Sequence record: DRR723986_3005
Reading direction: 5' to 3' (one strand)
DNA length: 64,000 nt
The translations under genes were made by a program, and so were the position numbers. Positions 9,066 through 19,324 of this stretch are shown in pieces. The notes under the pieces are model-generated. The model was not told the origin of the DNA, ran no database searches, and saw only the letters and a program-made list of their open reading frames with translations. Numbering within the stretch: position 1 is the first letter of the stretch; every line of letters starts with the position of its first letter.

Positions 9066-9100
9066 CACAAAAGGCTCCTTTTAAAGGGGCCTTTTTTGTG
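9066..9100 (+). terminator. Intrinsic terminator after alkB
   Basis: AAAAGGCTCCTT-TTA-AAGGGGCCTTTTTT hairpin with U-tract. Confidence 0.75.
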
Positions 9101-9230
9101 TTTAAAGGGGCCGTATTTTGAAAATATACCAATAATTCACAGATGCAGGTTACCCTGTTCACAAACCTCATCCACTGGACAGCCCGACGGGATGCACGTA
9201 GGGTCATATCATCATTAACGGAGGGCAGTC

Positions 9231-10850
9231 ATGGCACCATATCGTCCACTTAAGGGCTACCGCGCGCTTTATAACCCTGCCTTCAACAAATCAACAGCTT
9301 TCAACCGGGAAGAACGCGAAGAGTTCGGCCTGCAAGGCTTGCTCCCATATGGAATCGGCTCTCAAGATTCACAGCTAAAGCGCGTGCTTGAAAACTTACG
9401 CCGCAAAGGCAATGACATTGAGAAGTTCATCTTTCTTGCCGCTTTGCATGAACGCAATGAACGGCTTTTTTACCGCACCGTGGTTGAAAACATTGAAGAA
9501 ATTATGCCGCTTATCTACACACCTACTGTTGGTCAGGCGTGCAAAGAGTTTGCCCATATTTTCCGCCGCCCTAAAGGGTTTTATATAACGCCTGAAGACA
9601 AGGGCAATATTCGCGACATGCTGGACAATTGGCCCCGACCAGACGTGCGGGTGATTGTCATCACCGATGGCCAGCGCATTTTGGGGCTCGGCGACTTGGG
9701 TGCTAACGGCATGGGCATACCCATCGGCAAGCTCCAGCTTTATGTTGCTTGCGCTGGCATTTCGCCGCGCCAATGCCTGCCCGTTATGCTGGATGTGGGT
9801 ACCAACAACGAAGAACTGCTCGCGGACCCACTGTATTTAGGCTACCCCCAAAAAAGGGTTGAGGGACAAGCCTATTTTGATTTGGTGGAAGAATTTGTGC
9901 AAGCCGTACAGGACAAATACCCCCAAGCCCTTATTCAGTTTGAAGACTTCTTAACCCCTAACGCATACGGGCTCCTCTCGGAATATAAAGACCGCATCCT
10001 GTGCTTTAACGATGATATTCAAGGCACCGCTTCGGTAAGCCTGGCTGGCGTTTACGCTGCAACACGCGGCACTGGCATCGCCTTCAAAGACTTGCGCGTA
10101 ATGTTTCTAGGGGCAGGTTCGGCCGCAACTGGCATTGGCGACCTAATGGTAACAGCCCTTGAGGCCGAAGGGCTGAGCAACAAGCAAGCACGCGAGCGGC
10201 TCAACTTCGTTGATGTAAACGGCCTTATTGTTAAGGGGCGAAACGACCTGATGTCGCACAATCTGCCCTATGCGCACGACCGGCCAGCCATGGGTTTTGT
10301 AGAGGCCATTCGTACTATTAAACCAAATATCCTCATTGGGGCCACCGGCGCGCCAGGCACCTTCACCGAAGAGGCGGTCCGTGCCATGGCAGAGGTGAAC
10401 AAGCGGCCCGCTATATTTGCGCTTTCCAACCCAACCTCGCGTGCAGAATGCACGGCAGAACAGGCTTATAAGTGGTCTGACGGACAGGCATTCTTTTCAA
10501 GTGGTAGTCCATTCGCTGAAGTTGAGCATGATGGCCGCACGCATCGCCCTGGGCAAGGCAACAACGCCTACATTTTTCCCGGCATTGGCCTTGGTGTTAT
10601 CGCCAGCGGCGCAACGCGCCTGACGGACGCTATGTTTCTTGTGGCGGCACGCACCTTGGCAGACATGGTCAGCGAAGAAGATTTGGCAGCGGGCGCACTT
10701 TACCCGCCGCTTACCGACATTCGCGCTGTGTCATTAGCCATCGCGGTTAAGGTTGCAGAAGAAGCTTTCAAAAGCGGCCTCTCGACGGAAGACCGACCCG
10801 ATGAACTTGAAAGCCACATTATTGGACTGATGTATGACCCGGTATACTAA
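9231..10850 (+). CDS. maeA: NAD(P)-dependent malic enzyme (large-subunit SfcA/MaeA type)
   Basis: IYTPTVG, TDGQRILGLGDLG, QFEDF, FNDDIQGT, GAGSA, LSNPT and QGNNAYIFPG motifs. Confidence 0.92.
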   Translation: MAPYRPLKGYRALYNPAFNKSTAFNREEREEFGLQGLLPYGIGSQDSQLKRVLENLRRKGNDIEKFIFLAALHERNERLFYRTVVENIEEIMPLIYTPTVGQACKEFAHIFRRPKGFYITPEDKGNIRDMLDNWPRPDVRVIVITDGQRILGLGDLGANGMGIPIGKLQLYVACAGISPRQCLPVMLDVGTNNEELLADPLYLGYPQKRVEGQAYFDLVEEFVQAVQDKYPQALIQFEDFLTPNAYGLLSEYKDRILCFNDDIQGTASVSLAGVYAATRGTGIAFKDLRVMFLGAGSAATGIGDLMVTALEAEGLSNKQARERLNFVDVNGLIVKGRNDLMSHNLPYAHDRPAMGFVEAIRTIKPNILIGATGAPGTFTEEAVRAMAEVNKRPAIFALSNPTSRAECTAEQAYKWSDGQAFFSSGSPFAEVEHDGRTHRPGQGNNAYIFPGIGLGVIASGATRLTDAMFLVAARTLADMVSEEDLAAGALYPPLTDIRAVSLAIAVKVAEEAFKSGLSTEDRPDELESHIIGLMYDPVY

Positions 10851-11379
10851 TCCTATTAGAAACATACTTCTCGTTGCGTTTTCTGCGATGATGCTTTCGG
10901 CATCATCAGCAGCGCAGTCCCAGACAAATACAAGGGCCGACTACCTTGGCCTTTGGTGGAATGAGGACCGCACCGGAATCGTTGAACTGGTTATATCCGG
11001 TGATACTATTGAGGGCATAACCCGCTGGGGCAAACAACCGGACACAGACCGCAACAACCCAGACCCTGCCCTAAGGTCACGTAGCCTTATGGGCATTACT
11101 TTTCTGTGGGGTTTCACCTATGAGCCCAAGAAAAACCGTTGGAAAGACGGCAAGGTTTATGACCCCAACAACGGCAAAACTTATGATGCTAAACTATCGC
11201 TCACCAAAGGTGGCAAGGTTCTAAAAATGCGCGGCTATATTGGTATTTCGCTGTTTGGGCGCACCGCAGAATTTGAGCGCGTGGCACCGAGCGACCTGCC
11301 ATCTGACTTTGCGCAAAATATTATTTTTCGCAAGAACCAAACACTCCAACTGAAGCACGGGGCCACTTCAACAGAGTAA
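10834..11379 (+). CDS. DUF2147 family exported protein
   Basis: Signal peptide; D..NPDP.LRSR.L.G, W..G.VYDP.NGKTY and RGYIG.SLFGRT motifs. Confidence 0.85.
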   Translation: MTRYTNPIRNILLVAFSAMMLSASSAAQSQTNTRADYLGLWWNEDRTGIVELVISGDTIEGITRWGKQPDTDRNNPDPALRSRSLMGITFLWGFTYEPKKNRWKDGKVYDPNNGKTYDAKLSLTKGGKVLKMRGYIGISLFGRTAEFERVAPSDLPSDFAQNIIFRKNQTLQLKHGATSTE

Positions 11380-11383
11380 TACG

Positions 11384-12532
11384 CTAAGCCGCAGCTAACC
11401 TGGGATCAGCGCTAACAGCACCGCTGATCCAACCACCGCCTAGCACGCGATCGCCGTGGTAAAACACAGCGGCCTGCCCCGCGGAAACGCCAGATTCGGC
11501 CTCCAGCAACACAAGCCGTGCTGTGCCGTTTTCACCGGCATAAAGTTTGGCAGGCACGCCGGGGCGCGTTGAACGAATTTTGGCACTAACCAGCAAGCCC
11601 TCTTCGGGTATTTCTTCCCCAATCCAGCTTACTTCTTTGACCATAATTTCGCTGGTCAGAAGCGCTTCTTTAGGCCCAACAATCACTCGCTTACGAGCGG
11701 GGTCAAGCTTCAGCACATAAAGTGGTTCTTCAGTGCCGCCAATACCAATGCCGCGGCGCTGACCAATGGTATAACGCACAATGCCTTTGTGCTGGCCGAG
11801 CACATTGCCGTCTATATCGACGATATCACCGGGCTCCATCGCGCCGGGGCGCAGGCGTTCAATTACGCTTACATAGCCACCTTCAGGCACAAAACAAATG
11901 TCCTGGCTGTCAGGCTTATCAGCGATCGCCAACCCAAAACGCTCCGCATGGGCGCGGGTCTCGTCTTTGTCCATGCCGCCAAGAGGAAAACGCAAAAAGT
12001 CAATTTGTTCCTGTGTGCTGGCAAACAGGAAATAGCTTTGGTCTTTGCCGTCATCAACACCGCGCAGCAAATGTGCCTTACCGTTTTCACCAACAACACG
12101 CTGTACATAATGCCCGGTCGCCATACAGTCAGCGCCCAGGTCTTGCGCGGTCGCCAGCAAGTCTTTGAACTTTACAGTTTGATTGCAGCGCACACACGGT
12201 ATAGGGGTTTCGCCTTTAATATAGCTATCTGCGAAATCATCCATCACTTGCTCTTTAAAGCGGCTTTCATAGTCCAGCACATAATGCGGCATATCCAGCT
12301 CTTCAGCCACACGGCGCGCATCATGAATGTCTTGCCCGGCACAGCATGAGCCTTTTTTCTGCACGGCAACACCGTGGTCATAAAGCTGAAGCGTTATACC
12401 CACTACATCATAACCCTGCTCTTTCAATAAAGCGGCGGTTACAGAACTGTCCACGCCACCAGACATGGCAACAACAACCCGCGTATCGGCTGGGGCGCGC
12501 GCAAAGCCTAATGTGTTTAAAGTTGCTGTCAT
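11384..12532 (-). CDS. mnmA: tRNA 2-thiouridylase
   Basis: [37 protein letters not shown] and TIGQRRG; start taken at MTATLN (ATG 12532). Confidence 0.95.
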   Translation of the reverse strand: MTATLNTLGFARAPADTRVVVAMSGGVDSSVTAALLKEQGYDVVGITLQLYDHGVAVQKKGSCCAGQDIHDARRVAEELDMPHYVLDYESRFKEQVMDDFADSYIKGETPIPCVRCNQTVKFKDLLATAQDLGADCMATGHYVQRVVGENGKAHLLRGVDDGKDQSYFLFASTQEQIDFLRFPLGGMDKDETRAHAERFGLAIADKPDSQDICFVPEGGYVSVIERLRPGAMEPGDIVDIDGNVLGQHKGIVRYTIGQRRGIGIGGTEEPLYVLKLDPARKRVIVGPKEALLTSEIMVKEVSWIGEEIPEEGLLVSAKIRSTRPGVPAKLYAGENGTARLVLLEAESGVSAGQAAVFYHGDRVLGGGWISGAVSADPRLAAA

Positions 12533-12736
12533 GGTTATGATCTCTCTTTGTACACGATATGGGTACATTGTTTCTCTGACAGGCATATAAGACCGATAAG
12601 GCCAGGAGGCAAGGGATTCCGGTACAAGCTTAATGCGGTATTTTTGTCCGGCAAGAAACTCCATACATATCTGGGCGAAATCAGTACTGGTGTTCAAACA
12701 CTTTAGTTTTCAACGGTTTTGGCGCTTTTCAAAAAC

Positions 12737-12752
12737 TGGCCCACGCCTTGCT
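12737..12752 (+). promoter_or_regulatory. Sigma54 (-24/-12) promoter of fliK-flgD-flgE
   Basis: TGGCCC-ACGCC-TTGCT matches TGGC-N7-TTGC; partial ftr-like CCGGCAAG about 90 bp upstream (12648-12655). Confidence 0.75.
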
Positions 12753-12819
12753 TATTAGAAAACCACACGAATGGCGAGCCACAGAAATGGCGAAACATCG
12801 AAACAGTAAGCAACGATAG

Positions 12820-14643
12820 ATGAACTCGATCGACAACCCATTGACACAAATAATGCAAGCCTTTGGCACTATGCCCGCAGGCGCACCTTTTGGTATTTAT
12901 GGCGCAGATATGAGCGCGGGTACCTCAAATGCAGATATTGCTGCGCATTTCAGCGGCTATATTGAAGGCACACCCGCACAAGTTGATGCTGCTTTGAGCG
13001 CATCCTTCGCTGGTTTGGCGAAAAACCATGTGGATATAACTCATTCTGTACAGGCCGATGCTGACCTTGCCATCGACCCCTCAGTCGTTAGTGCACCCAC
13101 ACCAATCACTTTTAACGCACTAAGCGGAAGCTCAAGCATCCATGAAAACGTGCTAAATGGTGAAAACCAACTGGACCCTGAAACTGCAGCGGCCTATTCA
13201 TTAGCAACTAATTACCATTCTGCAAAACCCATTGCGCTTTCTTCGGATGACCTTAAAGCCCTTCAGTCCGCCGCGCCGGCACCTTATGCAAGCCTTTCGG
13301 CGGCGCAACCTAAAACCGACCCATTTGGTTTAAACGGCATAACAAGCCTGCCTCAGCTGGAAAGCGTATCAGGTCAATTCCTGCCCACATCTGATCTTAA
13401 AGCTCTAATTGGAAGCGCCTCTAATATTATTGGCAGTCAAACGGATAGCCAACCCATCAGTTCGCCCAAAGTTAATACGTTAATTTCAGGCATAGAAGGC
13501 ACCATCACACAAGCACAAACAAACGGCGCAACAAATGCTCAGGCCGCAACGCTATCAGGTAGCGTGTCGCCACATACTGAGCTTGCCGGTACCGTAAACA
13601 ATGGGCTGCCAACATTTAAAAATAATGCTGACGTGTCCCTTACCAACCTTCAGGACAGTGCGGTAGTGGCTAAAATACAAACGCATAGTGCCGAGCAAGA
13701 CGGGCAAAAAAGCGCAGAACAAACAATAGTGTCAAAGCTGGATGCTGATGGACAGATACTGACCGTTTCGCAAAAAGCACGAGCAGCAAATAGCGCGCAA
13801 GCACTTGCGAAAAATTCAACATCAGGCGCACCGGGTACAACTTCAGGGCTACAAACAACAATGGCGGCGGCTGGTGTGGTAGCGGCACCCGCTAGCTCCA
13901 GCAAAAACACTGAAAAGACGACTAACAGTCTTGCAAATGATGCGCTGAAAACAAAAGCACCGGAAACATCACCGGGACTGCCAACAAACATGGCACACGC
14001 AGGTCAACGCGGCAGCTTCGATTGGACATCGCCCTGGATAACCCCCGAAAAGGCCACAGGTTGGTCTGACAGTTTTGCCGCATCTTTGGTCTCAAGCGGG
14101 CTAGGTGGCATGATGGGTAATCAAAGCGGAATAACTGGTATGAGCATGCTTGGCGGGCAGCCAAGCCCTTCTTTCAGCGGGCATGTAACCAAACAATTGA
14201 ACCTGCATATGACACGCGCCATTAAAGCCGGGGAACAAGAATTTTCCATGCGTATGGACCCTCCCGAGTTGGGCCGTGTTTCAGTAAAACTTAAATTTGG
14301 GCAAAACGGTTTGGTTAGATCTCAGATCATGGCCGAGCGCCCTGAAACACTGGAAATGTTGCAACGCGAAATTCGTGGCCTTGAGCGCGCGATTGAAGCC
14401 GGAGGCCACAAGGCAGAGCAAGGTGGCATCAGTTTTTCCCTTGATAGCAGTGGTCAGGAAAGCGCTGGTAAAGCCTTTGCTGAAGCCATGCAGCAAGACC
14501 GATTGCGCGAAGAAATGAAAAGCGGCACAGCCGACCAGGACGAGTTTACCTCTGACGCAGACGATTTAGAGGAAACACCGATCAATCTTGATGAAATTCT
14601 AGCAAATGTAACGCCGGAAACCGGCCTTGACGTTCGGGTTTAA
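12820..14643 (+). CDS. fliK: Flagellar hook-length control protein
   Basis: Long Ala/Ser/Thr-rich N-terminus; C-terminal FSMRMDPPELGRVSV...AERPETLEMLQRE domain; directly upstream of flgD. Confidence 0.88.
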   Translation: MNSIDNPLTQIMQAFGTMPAGAPFGIYGADMSAGTSNADIAAHFSGYIEGTPAQVDAALSASFAGLAKNHVDITHSVQADADLAIDPSVVSAPTPITFNALSGSSSIHENVLNGENQLDPETAAAYSLATNYHSAKPIALSSDDLKALQSAAPAPYASLSAAQPKTDPFGLNGITSLPQLESVSGQFLPTSDLKALIGSASNIIGSQTDSQPISSPKVNTLISGIEGTITQAQTNGATNAQAATLSGSVSPHTELAGTVNNGLPTFKNNADVSLTNLQDSAVVAKIQTHSAEQDGQKSAEQTIVSKLDADGQILTVSQKARAANSAQALAKNSTSGAPGTTSGLQTTMAAAGVVAAPASSSKNTEKTTNSLANDALKTKAPETSPGLPTNMAHAGQRGSFDWTSPWITPEKATGWSDSFAASLVSSGLGGMMGNQSGITGMSMLGGQPSPSFSGHVTKQLNLHMTRAIKAGEQEFSMRMDPPELGRVSVKLKFGQNGLVRSQIMAERPETLEMLQREIRGLERAIEAGGHKAEQGGISFSLDSSGQESAGKAFAEAMQQDRLREEMKSGTADQDEFTSDADDLEETPINLDEILANVTPETGLDVRV

Positions 14644-14660
14644 AGGAACAGGAAACAAGT

Positions 14661-15317
14661 ATGATTGACGCAATAGCAGCAGCAACTGCAAACGGTGCCG
14701 CAGCCACCGACAGCAAAAAATTGGCCGATGATTTTGATGACTTTCTGGTTCTATTGACCACACAGCTTCAAAACCAAGACCCGCTAGACCCTATGGATAG
14801 CGGTGAGTTCACGCAGCAATTGGTCGCCTTCACCGGTGTTGAGCAACAAATTCAAGCCAATCAAAACCTTGAATTGCTGGCTAATCTGTCTCGACTGCAA
14901 AACCTGGCAAGTTCAGCCAGCTACCTTGGCACGGATGCGCTGACGACAAGAGATGTAGGCGACCATAATGGCACAGGCATTAAATGGCAGTATCAAAACA
15001 CAGCGATAACGGATGTGCTAACACTGGAAGTGCGCAGCAGCACCGGCGACCTGATCTACTCTGAAAACGGTGAGACACGACTTGGCACACACCAGTTTAA
15101 CTGGGATGGCCACGATCAAAACGGCACCCTTGTGGAAGACGGTTCCTATAGCCTTGAAATCGTTGCCGCCAATAGCGACGGCGACAAATTATCACCCAAT
15201 GTCTTTGTGCAGGAAACAATCACAGCCGTAGATACCAGCGGATTTGAGCCGGTGTTTACCATTGGCCCGAACGAAGTGGACCAAACTGAAATTTTAGAAC
15301 TGATTTTTAACGGCTAG
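14661..15317 (+). CDS. flgD: Flagellar hook capping protein
   Basis: FLVLLTTQLQNQDPLDPMD..EFTQQL motif; F.WDG..G...DG.Y Ig-like domain. Confidence 0.95.
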   Translation: MIDAIAAATANGAAATDSKKLADDFDDFLVLLTTQLQNQDPLDPMDSGEFTQQLVAFTGVEQQIQANQNLELLANLSRLQNLASSASYLGTDALTTRDVGDHNGTGIKWQYQNTAITDVLTLEVRSSTGDLIYSENGETRLGTHQFNWDGHDQNGTLVEDGSYSLEIVAANSDGDKLSPNVFVQETITAVDTSGFEPVFTIGPNEVDQTEILELIFNG

Positions 15318-15450
15318 CCGAACTTGGCTAACCACACCCATCACTGGGCCGAAGCGCCCGGTTCATTCTCAAGGTTTTATATAAATCTTTGGAAACAACG
15401 AGCAGAAGGCCTGCAAACGTGAAAACGCAAAAGAATGTAGGAGAAATAAC

Positions 15451-16806
15451 ATGGCATTCACCGCTTTAGCAGCAGGTGTATCAGGGCTTCAGGCCTTTAC
15501 GGAAGGCGTAGGCGTCATTGCTGACAATATTACCAACGTTAATACCATCGGGTACAAAGAAACCCGGTCCAGATTTTCAACTCTTGTGACAGAAAACTCT
15601 TCACTGTCCACCTATTCACCTGGCGGCGTGCGAGCCTTCTCGCAAACACTGGTGTCTAAGCAAGGTTTGTTGCAACCATCAGGTTCAGCCACTGATTTAT
15701 CAGTGGACGGCGCAGGCTTCTTTGTTGTGCGGAATTCTGACCAAGCCGAAGATCAAGACAGTGAGTTTTTATATACCCGGGCTGGGGCCTTCACACAGGA
15801 TTCGGAAGGGTTTTTCCAAAATACTGCTGGTCTGTATCTCATGGGTTGGCCGCTTGATGATTCTGGGGCGATCCCCTCTAATCAAAATGACCCAAGCGAG
15901 CTTGTGCCTATAAACATTAACACGCTTAACGGACTTGGAGACGCAACATCTAACGTATCTCTACGCGCCAACTTGCAGGCCAGCACCCCGGTATTTGCAG
16001 GCACTTACACACCGGGCCAAATCGCAAATGGTACAGTGACACCAGACTTTGAAACCAATTTCCAGATTTTTGACAGCCTTGGCCGGTCGCAAACTGTTGT
16101 TTTCTCAGCGGTAAAAACTGGCGTTAATGAGTGGGGCTACGAATTAACCTTCGATGATGACAGCCTGCTTGATTCAGCAACACACACAGATGGGCTGATT
16201 GGTAGCGGCGATCTTCTGTTCAATCCAGACGGCTCAGTTGACTTAGCCAGCAGTACGCTAAACGATGTTTTTGCAGGGACCTCCGTCACCTTACCAGGAG
16301 GGTCTCTCACTTTTGACTACACCACAACTGGCGGCGTGCAGGTTAATGACGGGTCCTTCCAGATTGATTTTGGCTCAGACGGTGAAACCAACGGTTTCTC
16401 ACAGTTTGACAGCATTTCAACGCTCATTTCCTCCAGTGCAGACGGCGCTTCTTTCGACAATGTGAACGGCGTGTCTATTGGTGAAGATGGTTTTGTGACC
16501 GCCTTGTTTGATAATGGCTTAGCGCTTGATGTATTCCGGTTACCAGTTGCTATATTCCAAAACCCAGACGGCATGACCCGACGCCAAGGCAATGCATTCG
16601 GGATTTCAGACTTCTCAGGCACTTTTGCCTTACAACGTGCTGGTGAAGGCGGCGCCGGGAAGGTAGCGCCTAATTCATTGGAGCAATCCACTGTTGATTT
16701 GGCAAACGAGTTCTCTGAATTGATAAAAGTACAGCGGGCGTTTTCCGCTTCTACCCGAATCATCACTACCTCTGATGAGATTTTGGAAGAGCTGACGAGG
16801 CTCTAA
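15451..16806 (+). CDS. flgE: Flagellar hook protein
   Basis: GVSGL...IADNITNVNTIGYK, YTRAGAF and LEQSTVDLANEFSELI motifs; follows flgD. Confidence 0.95.
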   Translation: MAFTALAAGVSGLQAFTEGVGVIADNITNVNTIGYKETRSRFSTLVTENSSLSTYSPGGVRAFSQTLVSKQGLLQPSGSATDLSVDGAGFFVVRNSDQAEDQDSEFLYTRAGAFTQDSEGFFQNTAGLYLMGWPLDDSGAIPSNQNDPSELVPININTLNGLGDATSNVSLRANLQASTPVFAGTYTPGQIANGTVTPDFETNFQIFDSLGRSQTVVFSAVKTGVNEWGYELTFDDDSLLDSATHTDGLIGSGDLLFNPDGSVDLASSTLNDVFAGTSVTLPGGSLTFDYTTTGGVQVNDGSFQIDFGSDGETNGFSQFDSISTLISSSADGASFDNVNGVSIGEDGFVTALFDNGLALDVFRLPVAIFQNPDGMTRRQGNAFGISDFSGTFALQRAGEGGAGKVAPNSLEQSTVDLANEFSELIKVQRAFSASTRIITTSDEILEELTRL

Positions 16807-16831
16807 TTTACACTCGATTCTTCTTTTGCAT

Positions 16832-16861
16832 GAAACGGGCGGCCAGCTGGTCGTCCGTTTT
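16832..16861 (+). terminator. Intrinsic terminator after flgE
   Basis: AAACGGGCGGCCA/TGGTCGTCCGTTT stem followed by a T-rich tail. Confidence 0.7.
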
Positions 16862-17025
16862 CATTTTTTCATCTGAAATTTGCGTTCGCTTTCAACAAAA
16901 TTAGATACAATTTTATCTATTATATCTTTGTTAAACTGACTCTCGCTAAAATCCGCTAAGTCATTCAGAACAATGTGATTCGTGGTTAAAACTTTATATA
17001 ATACAAAAGGCAAAAGACAGCATCT

Positions 17026-17322
17026 ATGACCAACACTTCCAAAAATATCTTGGCATTCCCAAACACTAAAAAAAACCAACTACGTATGGAGCTACCAAGC
17101 CCTAAAACCAAACGCTGGGTTGCTCGTCGAAAAGCACAAGTTGTTATGGCAGTTCAAGCTGGCGTAATTAGCCTGACCGAAGCTTGCGAACGATATTCTC
17201 TATCGGTGGAAGAGTTTTTATGCTGGCAACGGGCAATTGAAAATAATGGCTTAAAGGGCTTGCGGGCAACCAGGGTTCAGCGCTATCGCACTAATGCCGT
17301 AGGCGACACCGGCAAGCCTTGA
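17026..17322 (+). CDS. sciP: CtrA inhibitor SciP (DUF1153)
   Basis: LPSPKTKRWVARRKAQVV.AV..G.ISL.EACERY.LSVEEF..WQ..I...G..GLRATR; sits between flgE and fliF as in Caulobacter. Alternative start at 17086. Confidence 0.9.
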   Translation: MTNTSKNILAFPNTKKNQLRMELPSPKTKRWVARRKAQVVMAVQAGVISLTEACERYSLSVEEFLCWQRAIENNGLKGLRATRVQRYRTNAVGDTGKP

Positions 17323-17348
17323 ACTACTGGAGCTTATCTCCCAATTTT

Positions 17349-17374
17349 GGGCTTTTCTGAAAAGCCCGCTTTTT
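17349..17374 (+). terminator. Probable terminator after sciP
   Basis: GGGCTTTT-CTG-AAAAGCCC hairpin followed by GCTTTTT. Confidence 0.55.
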
Positions 17375-17478
17375 CCTAAATTGAAGAAAAATATCAGTAT
17401 TTTTCTATTCTCATAGAACGCTTATAGTTCAGGTTTTGCGCGCATTTCTATGCTTTTCGGACCACTAAAAATCAAGAA

Positions 17479-17514
17479 TAGGCAAGTTTTGCCTAGATTT
17501 AACGATCTGTTTAC
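17479..17514 (+). promoter_or_regulatory. fliF promoter: ftr-like (FlbD) palindrome plus CtrA-like box
   Basis: TAGGCAA-GTT-TTGCCTA (17479-17495) next to TTAA-N7-TTTAC (17499-17514). Confidence 0.7.
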
Positions 17515-17578
17515 CTTGATCTCGTATTTCTCAACCAACGACAAAACGATACTTAAATCATAAATACCGGAATGTACG

Positions 17579-19276
17579 TTGGATAGTTTAATACAATTTC
17601 TGCGCAACCTGGGAACAGGTAGGCTGCTTCTGATTTCACTCGTTGGGGCTGGTACTCTAGCCTTCTTCTTCGTTGTTATTGGCGGTATGCGAACCTCGCC
17701 CATGACCGCTCTATACACAGACCTGGACCCTGCTGACGCCGCAACCATTGCCCAGCGACTAGAAGGTGACGGTATTCCGTACGAGACTAGCGCAGGCGGT
17801 CGTATCGTGCGTGTACCTCAAGATCAGGTTGACCGATTGCGATTACTGCTAGCAGGCGAAGGCCTTTCAGGCGGGGTAATCGGCAAGGAAATATTTGATC
17901 AAGAATCAAGCTTCGGACGCACAAGCTTTGAACTAAACGTTAATTATGTCAGGGCAATTGAAGGCGAACTATCACGCACCATTAAATTCATACGGTCCGT
18001 ATCAGAGGCGCGCGTTCATATTGTTATGCCTGAACGCAAACCGTTTCAGCGCGAAAGCGCGGGGCCTTCTGCTTCTATCTTATTGAAAACAAATGGCGCA
18101 CTTGGTCAGGCGCAGGCCCTTTCCATTCAGGCCCTGGTCGCCTCGGCTGTGCCCGGCTTATCGCCAGACCGTGTGACCATTTCAGACACAATGGGTCGCT
18201 TATTGGTTGACGGCGCCGCTGAAGGAGACTTTGCAAGCCTCTCCAATCTTGAAGACGCCCGCCGCTCAAAAGAACAACAATACCGCGACAAAATTGAGCA
18301 ACTGCTATCCCGAAGAGTGGGCGAAGGCCGTGTTCGCGCTGAAGTGTCCATTGATATGGACATGAGCAGAACGACAAAAAGCGAAACGACATATGACCCT
18401 GATGGACAGGTTGTTCTATCTTCAAATGTGGTAGAACAAACCGCAACCGAAAAAACAGATGTTGGCGGGCAGGTTTCAGTTTCAAACGCGCTTCCTGATG
18501 CAAGCGGAGCAAACGGCGGCACGGGCAGCAACAGCCAAACCACTGAAGAAACAACGAATTTCGAAAACTCAAAAATTGAAACCGTTACAGTACAAGAGCC
18601 CGGAACAATCACTCAAATGAGAGTATCTGTCCTCGTGGACGGCATCCGCACACTGGATGAAGCTGGCAACACCACCGATTATTTAGACCGTGATGCCGGC
18701 GAGATAACTCAGCTTCAACAGCTTGTAGAATCAGCCATCCCTTATGTTGCAAACCGCGGCGATACAGTGGTGGTGCAAAGTCTGCGTTTTGTTGACCCGG
18801 CACCTTTGGTTGCCGCTGACCCCGGTTTCAATTTTCTCGGATTGAATAAGGCCGATTTGGTTGACGTCCTCTCTACCGGTGGTTCTTTTGTGGCGATTAT
18901 TCTGGTTATCCTTCTTGTTGTAAGGCCACTGGTTATAAGAGTGATTGAGGCAATTCCTGACGCCCCGCCTCCGCCCGATCCGGCGCAAATTGAAAACAAT
19001 GTGCCAGAAACGCCTGCGATTACGGGGCCAACGCAAATAACACCCGAACTAATGGCCGCCGCAGCCGATGGAGATGAAAACGCGGCTGCACTGGTTGTAG
19101 CTGCACGTCAACAGGGTGCCTTGAGCCTAGACCAAATGGGTACTGACAACCGCATTGATGTGGCGCAGGTGGAAGGCCGAGTGCAAGATTCTGCCATCAA
19201 AAAAGTAGCAAATATTATTAAGTCAAACCCTGACGAATCTGTCTCCATCGTTCGTCATTGGCTTTATGCCGAATAG
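17579..19276 (+). CDS. fliF: Flagellar MS-ring protein
   Basis: Two TM segments; G.EIFD...FG.TSFE..VN..RA.EGEL.RTI, ARVHIVMP and LVASAVPGL; TTG start. Confidence 0.95.
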   Translation: MDSLIQFLRNLGTGRLLLISLVGAGTLAFFFVVIGGMRTSPMTALYTDLDPADAATIAQRLEGDGIPYETSAGGRIVRVPQDQVDRLRLLLAGEGLSGGVIGKEIFDQESSFGRTSFELNVNYVRAIEGELSRTIKFIRSVSEARVHIVMPERKPFQRESAGPSASILLKTNGALGQAQALSIQALVASAVPGLSPDRVTISDTMGRLLVDGAAEGDFASLSNLEDARRSKEQQYRDKIEQLLSRRVGEGRVRAEVSIDMDMSRTTKSETTYDPDGQVVLSSNVVEQTATEKTDVGGQVSVSNALPDASGANGGTGSNSQTTEETTNFENSKIETVTVQEPGTITQMRVSVLVDGIRTLDEAGNTTDYLDRDAGEITQLQQLVESAIPYVANRGDTVVVQSLRFVDPAPLVAADPGFNFLGLNKADLVDVLSTGGSFVAIILVILLVVRPLVIRVIEAIPDAPPPPDPAQIENNVPETPAITGPTQITPELMAAAADGDENAAALVVAARQQGALSLDQMGTDNRIDVAQVEGRVQDSAIKKVANIIKSNPDESVSIVRHWLYAE

Positions 19277-19324
19277 TTCAAAACTTGAGGGCAACAGCCC
19301 TGCGGTTAACGAAAAGGACGCAAT

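Noticed and set aside
9101-9230. Structured cis-regulatory RNA upstream of the malic enzyme
   Set aside because: Only short complementary patches (CATCC/GGATG, ACCCT/AGGGT); no recognisable riboswitch consensus.
12533-12697. ORF-track N-terminal extensions of mnmA (also nnrU, tolA, ybgC, ruvA, yebC, ydbS-like, cheA)
   Set aside because: Family-typical N-termini and RBS or stop/start overlaps indicate downstream starts.
15318-15450. sRNA in the flgD-flgE spacer
   Set aside because: Small hairpins only, with no independent promoter or terminator; more simply mRNA stability elements.
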